DNA of 64,000 nucleotides from Leucoraja erinacea. Its lineage: Eukaryota. Within the stretch, counting starts at the first letter, position 1. The number at the start of each line of letters is the position of its first letter. The stretch covers positions 3,410,001-3,474,000 of the forward strand of contig NC_073414.1 of NCBI RefSeq assembly GCF_028641065.1. Direction: 5' to 3'. This document shows, one piece after another, positions 1 to 12,720 of the stretch. A model generated the notes under the pieces. It was not told where the DNA came from. It made no database searches and worked only from the letters and a program-made list of their open reading frames with translations. Both the position numbers and the translations under genes were made by a program.

Positions 1-111
1 AGTACGCCGCGTAGTGCAGGGCGTTCATGTTGGTCCATCTGCTGCGGAGCCCGACGTCGGCCCCCAGAGCGATGAGCTGGTTGCAGAGTCGAGCTGCCGC
101 CGCTGGGTCCC
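1..111 (-). CDS. CLIP3: CLIP3 coding exon 4 (partial, ankyrin repeat)
   Basis: TAG acceptor at 114-112; DPAAAARLCNQLIALGADVGLRSRWTNMNALHYAAY; truncated by window edge. Confidence 0.9.
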
Positions 112-3100
112 CTAGACCGGGCGCAGAGACAGCTGGTGACAATACGGACTCTCACCCACCCCCCGCCAACCACACACTCACACGGAACGCCCGCACGCTT
201 CCCGACCTCTCTGGAACAGATCGCGGCTGTGCAGCCCCATCGTAGATTTTCCGGCAACTGTTGGACCGCCGGCACCTCTTCTAATCCAGACAACGTTATG
301 AGCGCGCAGGTGAAATCCCCCCCACTGCTCCCGGAATTTTCCCCCCTCCAGCCCGGCAGAATAACGTTCCCACAGCCGACTTCAAAGGCCGACATTTCAG
401 GCCGATGTCTCGACTCCCCGACGATCTAGGCGGACCGTTCTAGTACGATCTAGTACCGTTAGACTCCTCTCGGAGGCCATGACAGTCAGAACATTTTACC
501 CATAGAGGGGGAAATGTCAAAGACTAAAGGGCACCCACCACCATTCAACCCCCCCCCCCCCCACTTACCCACTCCGTGCGCCCCAGCCTTGCAGGTGTAA
601 TGCAACAGTGTCATGTCCGTCAGCCCGTCGCGATCGTTCACGTGGCAACCTCGCTTCAGAATCTGGATTGGCGGCAAAGGTGGAACGAGACGAGATATTG
701 TCAGTGACGCTGTGCAAACGGAGAGCTGGTTTTAGTTTAGTTTGTGAGATGCAGCGCGGGAACGGGCCCTGCGGCCCACCCAGTCTGCGATCCCCGCGCA
801 CTCCAGGGCCTGTCCCACTTGGGCGACATTTTCGGCGACAACCTGAAGAGAGGTTGTCGCGGCGCGGTTGGGGCGTGACACGTGTAGTGACGCGCGGTGT
901 CTCCCTGGGTGTCTTATCATGACGTGCGCCCTGATCATATTGAATGGCGGTGTAGGCTCGAAGGGCCGAATGGCCTACTCCTGCACCTAATTTCTATGTT
1001 TCTATGTCACACGCTGACGTACGCTGTCCTGCGGGTGACTCCCCGTATATGACACGGGTATATTAAGCGCCAACTTGTCCATTATTGGTCCTTAGATTTA
1101 CTGTAGATCAGTTCATTTCCAATGTGACTATAATACTTTGGTGTAACCATCTTGCGTTGTGAAGGCGGGTGACGCGGGGTATCGTAGCTTGACGTGTCGG
1201 TGACGCAGAGTGTCGTATAACTTGACGGTTTTTAGGGAGTCAGTCGCTGATAAAAATCGCAAAGTGGAACAGGCCCTTAACACCATCCCACACACACTGG
1301 GGATGATTTACAATATTACCAAGGCCAATCAGCCTACAAACCTGTATGTTTTTGGAGTGTGGGAGGAAACCGGAGCTCCTGGAGAAAACCCACATGGTCT
1401 GGGGTAAACTCGGCACAGACAACACCCGTAGTCAGGATTGAACCCGGGTCTCTGGCGCTGTGAGGCAGCAACTCTACCGCTGCACCACCATGTCGCACCA
1501 AGTGTTCAGAGTGGTGAGAATATCCAAATGGTGGAGGTTAGACTGGGAGGTGCTCACCGCCCCACCATGGAGGGAGTCTACAGGAGGCTCTGCCTCCTAA
1601 TCTGCCCAACCTCTGCCCGATAGTTCAGGCCCTCGAGACCCCTTGTAAACCGTCCCTGCACTCATTCCAGCTTAAATGGCAGCAGTGAGATGAGAGTGTG
1701 GCCAGGGTGATGGGTCTTTGATATTGGCTGGCACCTCCAGTGGAGAGACACAAAATGCTGGAGTAACTCAGTGGGTCAGGAAGCATCTCTGGAGAAAGGA
1801 ACAGGTGATGGAACAAGTTCAAGAATAAGGGGTAAGCCATTTAGAACGTAGACGAGGAAACGGAGACACACTCACGACTTTTTCTCCCAGAGAGTGGTGA
1901 GTCTGTGGAATTTTCTGCCTCAGAGGGCAGTGGAGGCAGGTTCTCTGGATGCTTCCACGAGAGAGCAAGATAGGGCTCTTAAAGATAGCGGAGTCAGGGG
2001 ATATGGGGAGAAGGCAGGAACGGGGTACTGATTGTGGATGATCAGCCATGATCACGTTGAATGGCGGTGCTGGCTCGAAGGGCCGAATGGCCTACTCCTG
2101 CACCTAGGTGGAAACAGTAAGACTGGTGGGAAAACTGGGAAGGGGGAGGGGATGGAGAGAGAAAGCAAGGGCTATCTGGAATTAGAGAAGTCAATGTTCA
2201 TACCGCTGGGGTGTAAACTACCCAAGCGAAATATGAGCTGCTGTTCCTCCAATTTGCGCTGGGCCTCACTCTGACAATGGAGGAGGCCCAGGACAGAAAG
2301 GTCAGATTGGGAATGGGAGGTGGAGTTGAAGTGCTGAGCCACCGGGAGATCAGGCTGGTTATTGCAGACTAAGCTGGGGTGTTCAGTGAAACGATCGCCG
2401 AGCCTGCGCTTGGTCTCACCGATGTAGAGACATTGACACCTGGATGGGGGGGGGGGGGGGGTAAAATCAATCACTGGTGCATAGCTAGGCTTGGATTACT
2501 GAATAATGCAGCCTGTGAATCACGTGGATATACCTCTCCAAATCAATACTCCCCTGGGCTTTCTCCACAGATACTCATCATTGCAAGACATTACTTAACC
2601 CCGTCAATGCTTCATAAATAAGCTCTTATTTCACTCCACACATAAGCAGGCAGCTTGATTTATGGGATCCTTCCACCGAGATAAAAAAAAACATGGGCTG
2701 GAGATTTTGACAGATTGATTGAAAGATGCAGCATACAAACAGTAGAGACAAGGAAACGTAGTCTCCAAGTGCTGGAGTAACTCAGCGGGTCAGGCAGCAT
2801 CTCTGGAGGTCACGGTAAGGTGACGTTTTGGGTCGGGACCCTTCATCAGACTGATTTGAGGGGGTTTGAGGAAGAATGGTGGCCGATTGGGAAAGGGGGA
2901 GATGCAGCGAGACCTGGGTGTCATGGTACACCAGTCATTGAAGGTAGGCATGCAGGTGCAGCAGGCAGTAAAGAAAGCGAATGGTATGTTGGCTTTCATA
3001 GCAAGAGGGTTTGAGTATAGGAGCAGGGAGGTTCTACTGCAGTTGTACAGGGTCTTGGTGAGACCACACCTGGAGTATTGCGTGCAGTTTTGGTCTCCAA

Positions 3101-5644
3101 ATCTGAGGATGGACATTATTGCCATAGAGGGAGTGCAGAGAAGGTTCACCAGACTGATTCCTGGGATGTCAGGACTGTCTTATGAAGAAAGACTGGATAG
3201 ACTTGGTTTATACTCTCTAGAATTTAGGAGATTGAGAGGGGATCTTATAGAAACTTACAAAATTCTTAAGGGGTTGAACAGGCTAGATGCAGGAAGATTG
3301 TTCCGGATGTTGGGGAAGTCCAGGAAGGGGTCACAGCTTTAGGATAAGGGGGAAATCCTTTAAAACCGAGATGAGGAGAACTTTTTTTCACACAGAGAGT
3401 GGTGAATCTCTGGAACTCTCTGCCACAGAGGGTAGTTGAGGCCAGTTCATTGGCTATATTTAAGAGGGAGTTAGATGTGGCCCTTGTGGCCAAGGGGATC
3501 AGAGGGTATGGAGAGAAGGCAGGTACGGGATACTGAGTTGGATGATCAGCCATGATCATATTGAATGGCGGTGCAGGCTCGAAGGGCCGAATGGCCTACT
3601 CCTGCACCTAATTTCTATGTTTCTATGTTTCTATGTCTCCAAGTGCTGGAGTAACTCAGCGGGTCAGGCAGCATCTCTGGAGGTCACGGTAAGGTGACGT
3701 TTTGGGTCGGGACCCTTCATCAGACTGATTTGAGGGGGTTTGGGGAAGAATGGTGGAAGAGAGGTAGAGACAGCATAAAGCCTGGCGAGTGATAGGTGGA
3801 TACAGGCAAGGGGGGGGGGGGGGGGGGGGGGGTTTTGATAGGCAGATGGTTGGATTAAGGCCAGGGATATATAGACAGGAGTTGTGAGAGAAAAGGTTTG
3901 AAGAGATGCGACTTGTGACGTTAGAGGAAGGAGAGCAGAAAGTGAGATCACACATAGCAGGTGAACATAAGTGGTGAACGATGGTCGGTATGGACTCGGT
4001 GGGCCGAAGGGCCTGTTTCCATGATTTATCTCTAAACCTAAATTTCCCTCTAGAAGCTGTCTTTGTGAACCGTTGTGAAGGGTGGCACAGCGGTAGAGTT
4101 TCTGCCTTTTAGCGCCAGAGAACCGGGTTCGGTTTCTGACCACGGGTGCTGTCTGTACGGAGTTTGCACGTTCTCCCCGTGACCTGTGTAGTTTTCCCCG
4201 GGAGCTCTGGTTTCCTCCCACACTCCAAAGACATACAGGTTTGTAGGCTAATTGGCTTGGTATAATTGCAAATGGTCCCAAGTGTGTGGAGGATAGTGTT
4301 AATGTGTGGGGATGGCTGGTCAGCGCGGACAAGATGGGCCGAAGGGCCTGCTTCCGCACCAAATCTACAACCAAGAAGCTAAAACCAGAAAGCTAAAAGT
4401 AAACAATGTGTGTAGTTGTCCCACAGTGCGGGAGTTCGGACTGACCAGTCTGTTGGCGCCGACTCACCTCATTGCCGATAGTGTCGATCTTGTGTTGTAC
4501 TTGAGGGACCCACTGTCGGATGATGGCAAAGAGCTCGGACACAGTGGTCTGAGGGTCGAAGAGGATTTCCTGGCAGGCGGGGTCGTTCGGGTCAAAGAAG
4601 GTGAAAGCTGGAGAGAAGAGGAGAGAATGCAAGACAACCCTTGGCCACTGAGTGGAAGGGACTGGCGAGGGGAGGGGGGGGGCGAGGATAGGATAGTGGG
4701 GGCGAAGGTAGGATAGTGGGGGGGAAGGGAGGGAGTGAGGGAGGGGGTGTGAGGTGAGAGGGGGGCGANNNNNNNNNNNNNNNNNNNNNNNNNNNNNNNN
4801 NNNNNNNNNNNNNNNNNNNNNNNNNNNNNNNNNNNNNNNNNNNNNNNNNNNNNNNNNNNNNNNNNNNNNNNNNNNNNNNNNNNNNNNNNNNNNNNNNNNN
4901 NNNNNNNNNNNNNNNNNNNNNNNNNNNNNNNNNNNNNNNNNNNNNNNNNNNNNNNNNNNNNNNNNNNNNNNNNNNNNNNNNNNNNNNNNNNNNNNNNNNN
5001 NNNNNNNNNNNNNNNNNNNNNNNNNNNNNNNNNNNNNNNNNNNNNNNNNNNNNNNNNNNNNNNNNNNNNNNNNNNNNNNNNNNNNNNNNNNNNNNNNNNN
5101 NNNNNNNNNNNNNNNNNNNNNNNNNNNNNNNNNNNNNNNNNNNNNNNNNNNNNNNNNNNNNNNNNNNNNNNNNNNNNNNNNNNNNNNNNNNNNNNNNNNN
5201 NNNNNNNNNNNNNNNNNNNNNNNNNNNNNNNNNNNNNNNNNNNNNNNNNNNNNNNNNNNNNNNNNNNNNNNNNNNNNNNNNNNNNNNNNNNNNNNNNNNN
5301 NNNNNNNNNNNNNNNNNNNNNNNNNNNNNNNNNNNNNNNNNNNNNNNNNNNNNNNNNNNNNNNNNNNNNNNNNNNNNNNNNNNNNNNNNNNNNNNNNNNN
5401 NNNNNNNNNNNNGGGTTGGGGGCGAGGAGTGGGGGGGGGTGAGGGGGGGGGGGGGCCGACTGGTGTGTGAAGCCACACAATGCCGGTTACCGTAATCCTT
5501 GGGCAGGGGTGCGGGGGCCGAGTGGTGAACGAAGGGCTTCTTGCGGCGTTCGGGGAGGGGGCTGTGGAAGCCGGTGGGCAGCAGCTCCTGCTGCTCGAGA
5601 GGACCCTCCTCAGAGGCCACGTCTAGAACATTCTCCTTGGTCAT
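1..5644 (-). CDS. CLIP3: CLIP3 (CAP-Gly domain linker protein 3 / CLIPR-59), 5' part; join complement(5491..5644,4468..4607,569..662,<1..111), continues beyond left edge
   Basis: Spliced translation MTKENVLDV...HHSAPAPLPKDY/AFTFFDPNDPACQEILFDPQTTVSELFAIIRQWVPQVQHKIDTIGNE/ILKRGCHVNDRDGLTDMTLLHYTCKAGAHGVG/DPAAAARLCNQLIALGADVGLRSRWTNMNALHYAAY matches the CLIP3/CLIP4 N-terminus and ankyrin repeats as I recall them; all junctions GT-AG with consistent phases. Confidence 0.9.
569..662 (-). CDS. CLIP3: CLIP3 coding exon 3 (94 nt, ankyrin repeat)
   Basis: ILKRGCHVNDRDGLTDMTLLHYTCKAGAHGV, donor G|GTAAGT. Confidence 0.92.
805..1277. mobile_element. PIF/Harbinger-like MITE nested in a SINE
   Basis: TIRs AGGGCCTGTCCCACTT / AAGTGGAACAGGCCCT followed by TAA; contains a CR1 tail at ~932-1007. 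Confidence 0.65.
2105..2440 (-). mobile_element. Penelope-like element fragment, GIY-YIG endonuclease end
   Basis: ORF 2172..2474: LYIGETKRRLGDRFTEH...PVAQHFN...[21 protein letters not shown], a typical PLE GIY-YIG C-terminus. Confidence 0.85.
2883..3634 (+). mobile_element. CR1-clade LINE, 5'-truncated (RT C-terminus, 3' UTR, (TTCTATGT)n tail)
   Basis: QRDLGVMVH...LYRVLVRPHLEYCVQFWSP...[14 protein letters not shown]; octamer tail. Confidence 0.92.
4081..4370 (+). mobile_element. tRNA-derived V-SINE (HE1-like)
   Basis: A box TGGCACAGCGG, B box-like GGTTCGGTT, V-domain GGAGTTTGCACGTTCTCCCCGTG...CCTCCCACACTCCAAAGAC. Confidence 0.8.
4468..4607 (-). CDS. CLIP3: CLIP3 coding exon 2 (140 nt)
   Basis: pyrimidine tract + CAG acceptor, AFTFFDPNDPACQEIL...IGNE, donor GAG|GTGAGT. 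Confidence 0.92.
4769..5411. other. Assembly gap
   Basis: N run flanked by G-rich tracts. Confidence 1.
5491..5644 (-). CDS. CLIP3: CLIP3 first coding exon (ATG at 5644; acceptor AG at 5660-5659)
   Basis: MTKENVLDVASEEGPLEQQELLPTGFHSPLPERRKKPFVHHSAPAPLPKDY, then donor G|GTAACC. Confidence 0.88.
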
Positions 5645-6146
5645 GGTCACAGCTGTACCTGTGGAACAATGAGAGGGCAAAATGTCAGACCCTGTTCCCA
5701 ACACACTCTCTCTCACTCTGTCTGTAATGTTATAACCACATTATTCAGCTCTCTGCATTGTTCTCTTTGTTTTACCTATTGTATTTATAGATGGTTAGAC
5801 CCTGATCCCAACGCACTCTCTCTCATGCTTTGGCTGCAAGGCATTGGGTGATGGTGGATATTTGAGACTTTGGGATAGGAGCCTGGATATGCAGTGAATG
5901 GAGGGACATTCATCAACTACAGGCACAGGACATTGATTTAACTTGGTCGGGATGCACAGCACAGATATTGTGGGCTGAAGGGCCTGTCCCTATGTTACAC
6001 GGTTCCGAGTTCGATGGCTGGGCGGCACGATGGCGCAGCGGTAGAGCTGCTGGCTTAGAGAGCCAGAGATCCAGGATCGATCCCGACTACGGACGCTGCC
6101 TGTGTGGAGTTTGTACGTTCTCCGGGTGCTTTGGTTTTCTCCCACA

Positions 6147-6509
6147 CAGGGCCGGCCTTAGGAGGTGCAGGGTCCAATTGGGAACAATTTTGGTGAGCCC
6201 CAGGTTCCCAGCCAAGGTCTGCAGAATCATAGAAATACAAATAAAGTCTACTATAGACTTCATATCTCTATGGTTGAATGGAAAGTAATCAAAATGTGCG
6301 CTTGGAACATACCTGTGAGTTAATGGACCAAACAGATCTAAATTACATTTTAATTTAAAATTGCATACATGCAAGCCTATAAGTAACAAACGAAATGTGT
6401 CGATCACCTCTGAAAAGTACATAGAGAGTAGATTACTCTAGCACGGGGCCCCCTTAGGCGCGGGGCCCAATTGGGAGCAATTGATCTAATTGGCTTAAGG
6501 CTGGCCCTG
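6147..6509. mobile_element. hAT-like MITE nested in a V-SINE
   Basis: TIRs CAGGGCCGGCCTTA / TAAGGCTGGCCCTG; the SINE sequence resumes on the other side. Confidence 0.7.
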
Positions 6510-7919
6510 CTCCAAAGACGGGCATGTCTGTAGGTTCATTGGCTTCTGTAAATTGTCCCTAGTGTGTAGGATCGATCTAGTGGACGGGTGACCATTGGTC
6601 CATGCAGACTCGATGGGCTGAAGGGCCTGTTGTCTCTAAACCAACTTAGATAGCATGCAGACAAAGCGTTTAACTATACATCACTTCACATAACACTATT
6701 ACTACAATACATGTTTGTGGGACTGTGCATGTTCCTTTAAATATGCACACAACCTTTAAATATGTTTTATCGTCTGCCAAACAGGTCGGTAAGTTGTGAA
6801 AAAGGTGAAAAACGTCTGGCTATGGAGATAGGTCCAGTGGGCAGAAATAGTGAGTTGTTCTTATAGAAAGCTAGAGCAGAAAAGATGGGCTGAATGGCCT
6901 CATTCTGTGTGGTGACCGATCTACTATTCAATAATATGATGCAAATCCCTCTCTTCCCGGGGAAAGCATTAATCCTGTACCCCTCCCCATTATTACCAAC
7001 TGCAACAAAAAAATCTATTAAAATATTGATTACTCCGCCAATTAAAGGGAATGATTTCTGACTCAAGGCCACTTTGACAGGTTATTAGCTGAATGTACAG
7101 AGAAGATTTATTGTAGAGATGGCAGCAGAAAGCACCCAGTCACTGAGTGCTTTGTCTTGGAATTCATCATCACCGACTTGGGATGAAGAATTAGGACAAA
7201 GGATGATGGAAAGAAAATGTCCATCTTGGACTTTAGACTTTTCGATACAACGCAGAAACAGGCCCTTCAGCTCACGGAGTCCGCGCCGACCAGTGATCCC
7301 CATAAACTAACACTATCCTATGCACTAGGGACAATTTACAATTGTTGCCGAAGCCAATTCATCTACAAACCTGCTGAAGAAAGAACTGCAGATGCTGGAA
7401 AAAATCAAATGTAGACAAAAATGCTGGAGAAACTCAGCGGGTGAGGCAGCATCCATGGAGAGAAGGAATAGGTGACGTTTCGGGTCGAGACCCTTCTTCA
7501 GACTGATGTGTGGGGTGGGGGCAGGGAAACACTTTGTCAGGCCAAAACTGGGGGGAATTATTCAGATGTCAAAATTTGCAGAGTTCCAGAATCCACGCCT
7601 CTACTTCCTCAGGTGGTTGAGGATACTCGACAGATCTCCAATGACTTTTACAACATTTCTACAGATCAGGTCAGGTCGGGGGGAGTTCCCCCAGCCACGG
7701 GTACCATGTAATCCCGTGCTACCTGCTCCATGGTCGGATAGTCGGCGACTAAACAGTCTCCCCCACCTGGTTTGCCAGGTGAGGAGGGGGCTGTGGACCC
7801 CCAGCAGGACCAAAAACAAGACCTGTCAAAGGGCGGATGAGCTCCTAGCGAACCAACGGCCATCCACACTTCAGTAGAAGTTGCGATCACTGTCGTACGT
7901 AACATTGTAAGGAATGATG

Positions 7920-7922
<3 letters not shown>

Positions 7923-7975
<53 letters not shown>
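7923..7975. repeat. (CA)n microsatellite
   Basis: Uninterrupted AC run; others at 35489-35513 (TG) and 51217-51263. Confidence 0.95.
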
Positions 7976-7976
<1 letters not shown>

Positions 7977-10900
7977 CCTATACTTCCAGCGGTGGAAGTC
8001 CGCAGGAACTGGAGGACAGAGATGTGTGGTGCGCCATCACAGTTCCCGTTGGAGATCAGCACCACTGCGTTGCTGATGTTTTCAACGATGATGAATGAAT
8101 GAATCTACTGTCAGGTTACATCACAGTTTGGTTTGGCAACTGCTCTGCCCAGGACTGCACGTTGGTCTTGGCATCATGTTTGGCACAGACATGGTGGGCC
8201 GAAGGGCCTGTTTTTAGTGCTGTGCTGGTCTATATTCAAAGTTCATAGAAAATCCCGATAGTTAGTTTGACTCGGCCTCAAGTGATATACTGGGTGTGAC
8301 CGGACTTCCGACAAGGCTCTGGACCAGTTTAGTCTATTGTCAAAGAAGTGTTCAAGAAGGAACTGCAGATGCTGGAAAATCGAAGGTAGAGAAAATTGCT
8401 GAAGAAACTCAGCGGGTATGGCAGCATCTATGGAGCGAAGGAAATAGGCAAAGTTTCGGGCCGAAACCCTTCTCCAGTCTGAAGAAGGTTTTCGGCCTGA
8501 AACGTTGCCTATTTCCTTCACTCCATAGATGCTGCCTCACCCGCTGAGTTTCTCCAGCAATTTTGTCTACCTTTTAGTTTATTGTCACGTGTACTAAGGC
8601 GTGTACGTGCATGCTATCCAGTCAGCGGAAAGACGACACGTGATTACAATCAAGCCATTGACAATGCTTTACGAATGTTCCTAATCACCTGAACATAATA
8701 CCACCTGACAGTTCCACACCAGCTCAACAATAAGCTTTTTTTTTAAAAAACCTGTCAATGGTGCCTTCTTTACTCAAATTAAAATTTGCACTAATCTTTT
8801 TAATCAAAAAATAAAACAAATCATTTAATGTTGCGGTTTTTCCAACTGGAAAAATATATAAATAAAAATAAAAATATATAACCTGCAAATCCTTCCTTCT
8901 TCAAAAGAACCCCGCTTGGGCAAGTTGGGCTGAAGGGCCTGTTTCTACACTGTATCACTCTGTTATAATGAACCACATGCTGTCCTTAGTTCCAATAAGA
9001 ATTTTTTGATCCTAAAAATAACCTGTCTACCCAAGACACTGATGTTCTAAGCCATAGAACACAGCCTCCCACGCCTTCCAGCAGCAGTATAATGCTTCCT
9101 GTCGTTTTAGCAGCAGAATTATATATTATACCAATATAGGGGTTAATGTTCCTGTCAATTCAAAATAGCCATAAACTATTTTAACACTGGCAAATCTATC
9201 AGTGATAGGGGAATATTAATAAAGGCTGCAAGCTGGGTTTGTGCCAAAGAACCACAGGAGGAGGTGGATCAACACCTGTTATTCGTCACTATGGCTTGTT
9301 CACAACCCCAGCGGGTAGCCCAGTGTCGCAGACAAAATGCATCCCCAAAGAAGGCAAAGGGGGAAGAGCAACTCACAGGTTCAGTGACACCGACAGAAAT
9401 GAGAGGAGACCAGTGGCGCAGTGGGTAGAGCAGGTGTTTCATAGCTCTGAGGAACCAGGTTCAATCCTGACCTCTGCCTGTGTGGAGTTTGCCTGTTCTC
9501 CCTGTGACCTGTTCTCCCCAAAGGTTGGTAGGTTAAATTAGGTTAGTGAGGGAAGTATACAAATACAATTGGATCAGTGTACATTGATGTGCTTGGTGAG
9601 TTGGTCCAGACTTGGATGGCCAAATGACCTGTTACCAAGCCTGTTTTAATGTGATAACTCTGTGCAGGCAAGAGAGAGTGTTATATCAACATTTAGGGGG
9701 AATATGGGGTGTGACTGAAGGCAGACTAGATGAAAGAAGATGGGGAGAGATAAAGGTAAAGGGGAACAGATGAGGAGGAAGGCAATTATGCACACAGTAT
9801 AGAGCTTTAGAATTATTATTTTTCATTTATTTAGCATTGAAATATTGAAGTAACCGTTACTGGAATCACAGCTTGTCAGCGCAAGGCTAAATGCAGAAAG
9901 AAAAATGTGTTAACCCTTTCAATTTCAGTCTTTTAATTAATTGGTCAAAATAAACCATCCAAATCAATAGCAACACATGGTAGCAGCATTTGTGGATGTG
10001 TGAAAACAAAATTTCGAAACAATTAAAAATAAATCCATTGGAAACCATTTTACTGGAGGTTATTTTTTTTTAATTTCGCCTTCTAAATCTTAATGTGGCA
10101 ACACAAACATTCTTGCTTATATTTAACATTAAAACGCAAATCCATTTATTATTATTTTTCTGAGAGTAAAATCAACCATAGAATTGGAGATTTTACCAAC
10201 TGCATTTTTCCCAATAGTATTATATTATATTATTTGGATTTTTTTAATGTTGTATAATCAGTCTCAAGGTCTAAAAAAAAAACACATCTAAAAAGATGAA
10301 AATCCCAGGTACGGTTTTAGCTTAAATATATGGGATAAACAATTCTGATATTTTCGCAGCAATTACTGTTGGAATATTCTTTTTTTAAGAGGAGCTTCGT
10401 CGCTGCTGATTTATCGAAGGCTACTGATTTATTAAACAGCTTTCTTTCTTGTTTTACTGCGTGTTTGTTTTCGGCTCCAGCCGAGGATGCTTTAGACAAT
10501 AGGCACAAGCATCAACAGCCTTGCATGGATTGCAAGCTGCGTCAACAGAATTACACAAGGCTCCTTCGAAAACAAGCATCGAACATCAAATACTACTGAC
10601 ACAGATTGTAATCTCTCTCGTTTTCTTCATTAACGTTAAGCCAGAAGAAGAAACGTCAATCGAAACAGTGTCAAAAACACCATTTTTGTTTAGAATGAAT
10701 GTATCAACTGCACCCTTTTCAACAGCGGATAACGCTGGAGTCACACTTGTTTCAATTTCATATTGATGTATTTTCGCCAATATTGCAACAAAGGAAATCA
10801 CAATGAAATGACATGTAGAAGATTTCAACCCTACCTCGCCTCGCTCTGTGCTGTTCTGCGTTGGTTACAAGTCCTTCAGTGTCTCCACCTACTCTCTCTC

Positions 10901-11559
10901 CCAAGATGTGGCTGCTCTGTCATCGCCTGCGTCAGACCATCTCGGTTCGGTCTGGACCACAAGACTCGTTCATTCATTCACGCGTGTGCAGAAGGTGAGG
11001 CTTGAGATTCTAGAAACCACTTCTATTCAGGTGATCGTGGCTGCATTTGGGGATGGGGAGCAAGTGTGCAAATTATTCAATCAATGAACGGGGAGGAAAT
11101 GCATCCAATAAATCAGAAGACAACAAATGGGCTTTCGAGAAATAAATAGAAAATGTTGGAATCACTCAGCTGATCAAGCAGCATCTATAGAAAGAGAAAC
11201 AGAAGATACTTCAGCTCAAAATCAGATTCCTAGCATCTTTGCAAATTTTAAAAATGATTTTTCATTATATTTTGTTTAAGAAAGAACTACAGATGCTGGA
11301 AAAAAAAATCGAAGGCAGACAAAAATGCTGGAGGAACTCAGCAGGTGAAGCAGCATCTATGGAGAGAAGGAATAGGCAACGTTTTGGGTCGAGACCCTTC
11401 TTCAGTCTGATTATATATAACCTTCCATTATATTTTCCTTATAATATAACCTTCCATTATATTTTAAATTGTTTTGATTTACCAGTAATGTTTTCAACTA
11501 ATTTTACCAGCACAAATATAAAATCCCCTTAAAAACATCTCAGTCATGAATCTACCTTC

Positions 11560-12040
11560 TTTATTCTACATGTTCTCAATCTTAGATGAGGCCCTCGCAT
11601 GTGTCTCCTTAGTACACTGCAGCTCCGCCCTTGCTCCCCCTCCTCCTAGTCCTTAACTTCCACCCCATCAGCCATCGCATATAAAACATAATCCTCTGAC
11701 ATTTTCGCCACCCCCAACGGGATCCCACCACTAGTCACATCTTCCCATTCCACCCCTTTCCACCTTCCGCAAATAACACATGCATTCCCTCTCTCTCCAT
11801 CTCTCCCCCACCCAAGTCACGACAGCTTCTATTGTCACCAAGTGTATTCCATTGTCACCTAGCTACAACTAACAGTGGCCTGCTTCTCTTATCATTGTTA
11901 CTTTTTTGCTTATCTTTCACTCATTTGTTCTTTATCTCTTTACATTATCATCTATATCTCTCGTTTCCCTTTCCCGCGACTCTCAGCCTGAAGAAGGGTT
12001 TCAACCCAAAAGTCACTGATTCTTTCTCTCCAGAGAGAAA
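11560..12040 (+). mobile_element. Degenerate Penelope-like element fragment ending in the terminal repeat
   Basis: Translates as LLVLNFHP...HFRH.QRDPTTSHIFP (PLE RT-endonuclease linker) with stops; ends in CTGAAGAAGGG...CCCAAAAGTC. Confidence 0.65.
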
Positions 12041-12720
12041 CTGGAAGTCAGCATGCAGGTACAGCAGGCAGTGAAGAAAACTAATGGCATGTTGGCCTTC
12101 ATAACAAAAGGAGTTGAGTATAGGAGCAAAGAGATCCTTCTGCAGTTGTACAGGGCCCTAGTGAGACCACACCTGGAGTATTGTGTGCAGTTTTGGTCTC
12201 CAAATTTGAGGAAGGACATTCTTGCTATTGAGGGAGTGCATCATGGGTTCACAAGGTTAATTCCCGGGATGGCGGGGACTGCCATATGTTGAAAGAATGG
12301 AGTGATTGGGCTTGTATACAGTGGAATATAGAAGGATGAGAGGAGATCTTAAACATTAAAAGATTATTAAGGGTTTGGACACGCTAGAGACAGGAAACAT
12401 GTCCCGATGTTGGGGGAGTCCAGAACCAGATGCCACAGTTTAAGAATAAGGGGTTGTCCATTTAGAATGGAGATGAAGAAAAACTTTTTCACCCAGAGAG
12501 TTGTGAATCTGTGGAATTCTCTGCCTCCAATTCAAGAGAGAGTTAGATAGAGCTCTTAAAGATATGAACGTTATGAGTCCATGGATATGAGTCCAGGGAT
12601 ATGGGGAGAAGGCAGGATAGGGTACTGGATGATCAGCCATGATCACAGTGAATGGTGATGTTGGCTCAAAAGGGCCGAATGGCCTACTCCTGAACCTATT
12701 GTCCATTGTCTATTGTCCAA
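12041..12720 (+). mobile_element. CR1-clade LINE fragment
   Basis: VRPHLEYCVQFWSP motif; (CTATTGT)n tail. Confidence 0.88.

Noticed and set aside
2866-3342. 158 aa ORF as a host gene (likewise 15397..15849, 28702..29190)
   Set aside because: CR1 reverse transcriptase C-terminal fragments, 5'-truncated and non-autonomous
4393-5716. Long ORFs of 238-374 aa in the ORF track
   Set aside because: They read through an N gap; only the embedded CLIP3 exons are real
10715-10740. REST/RE1-like motif near the candidate CLIP3 promoter
   Set aside because: Several mismatches and wrong half-site spacing
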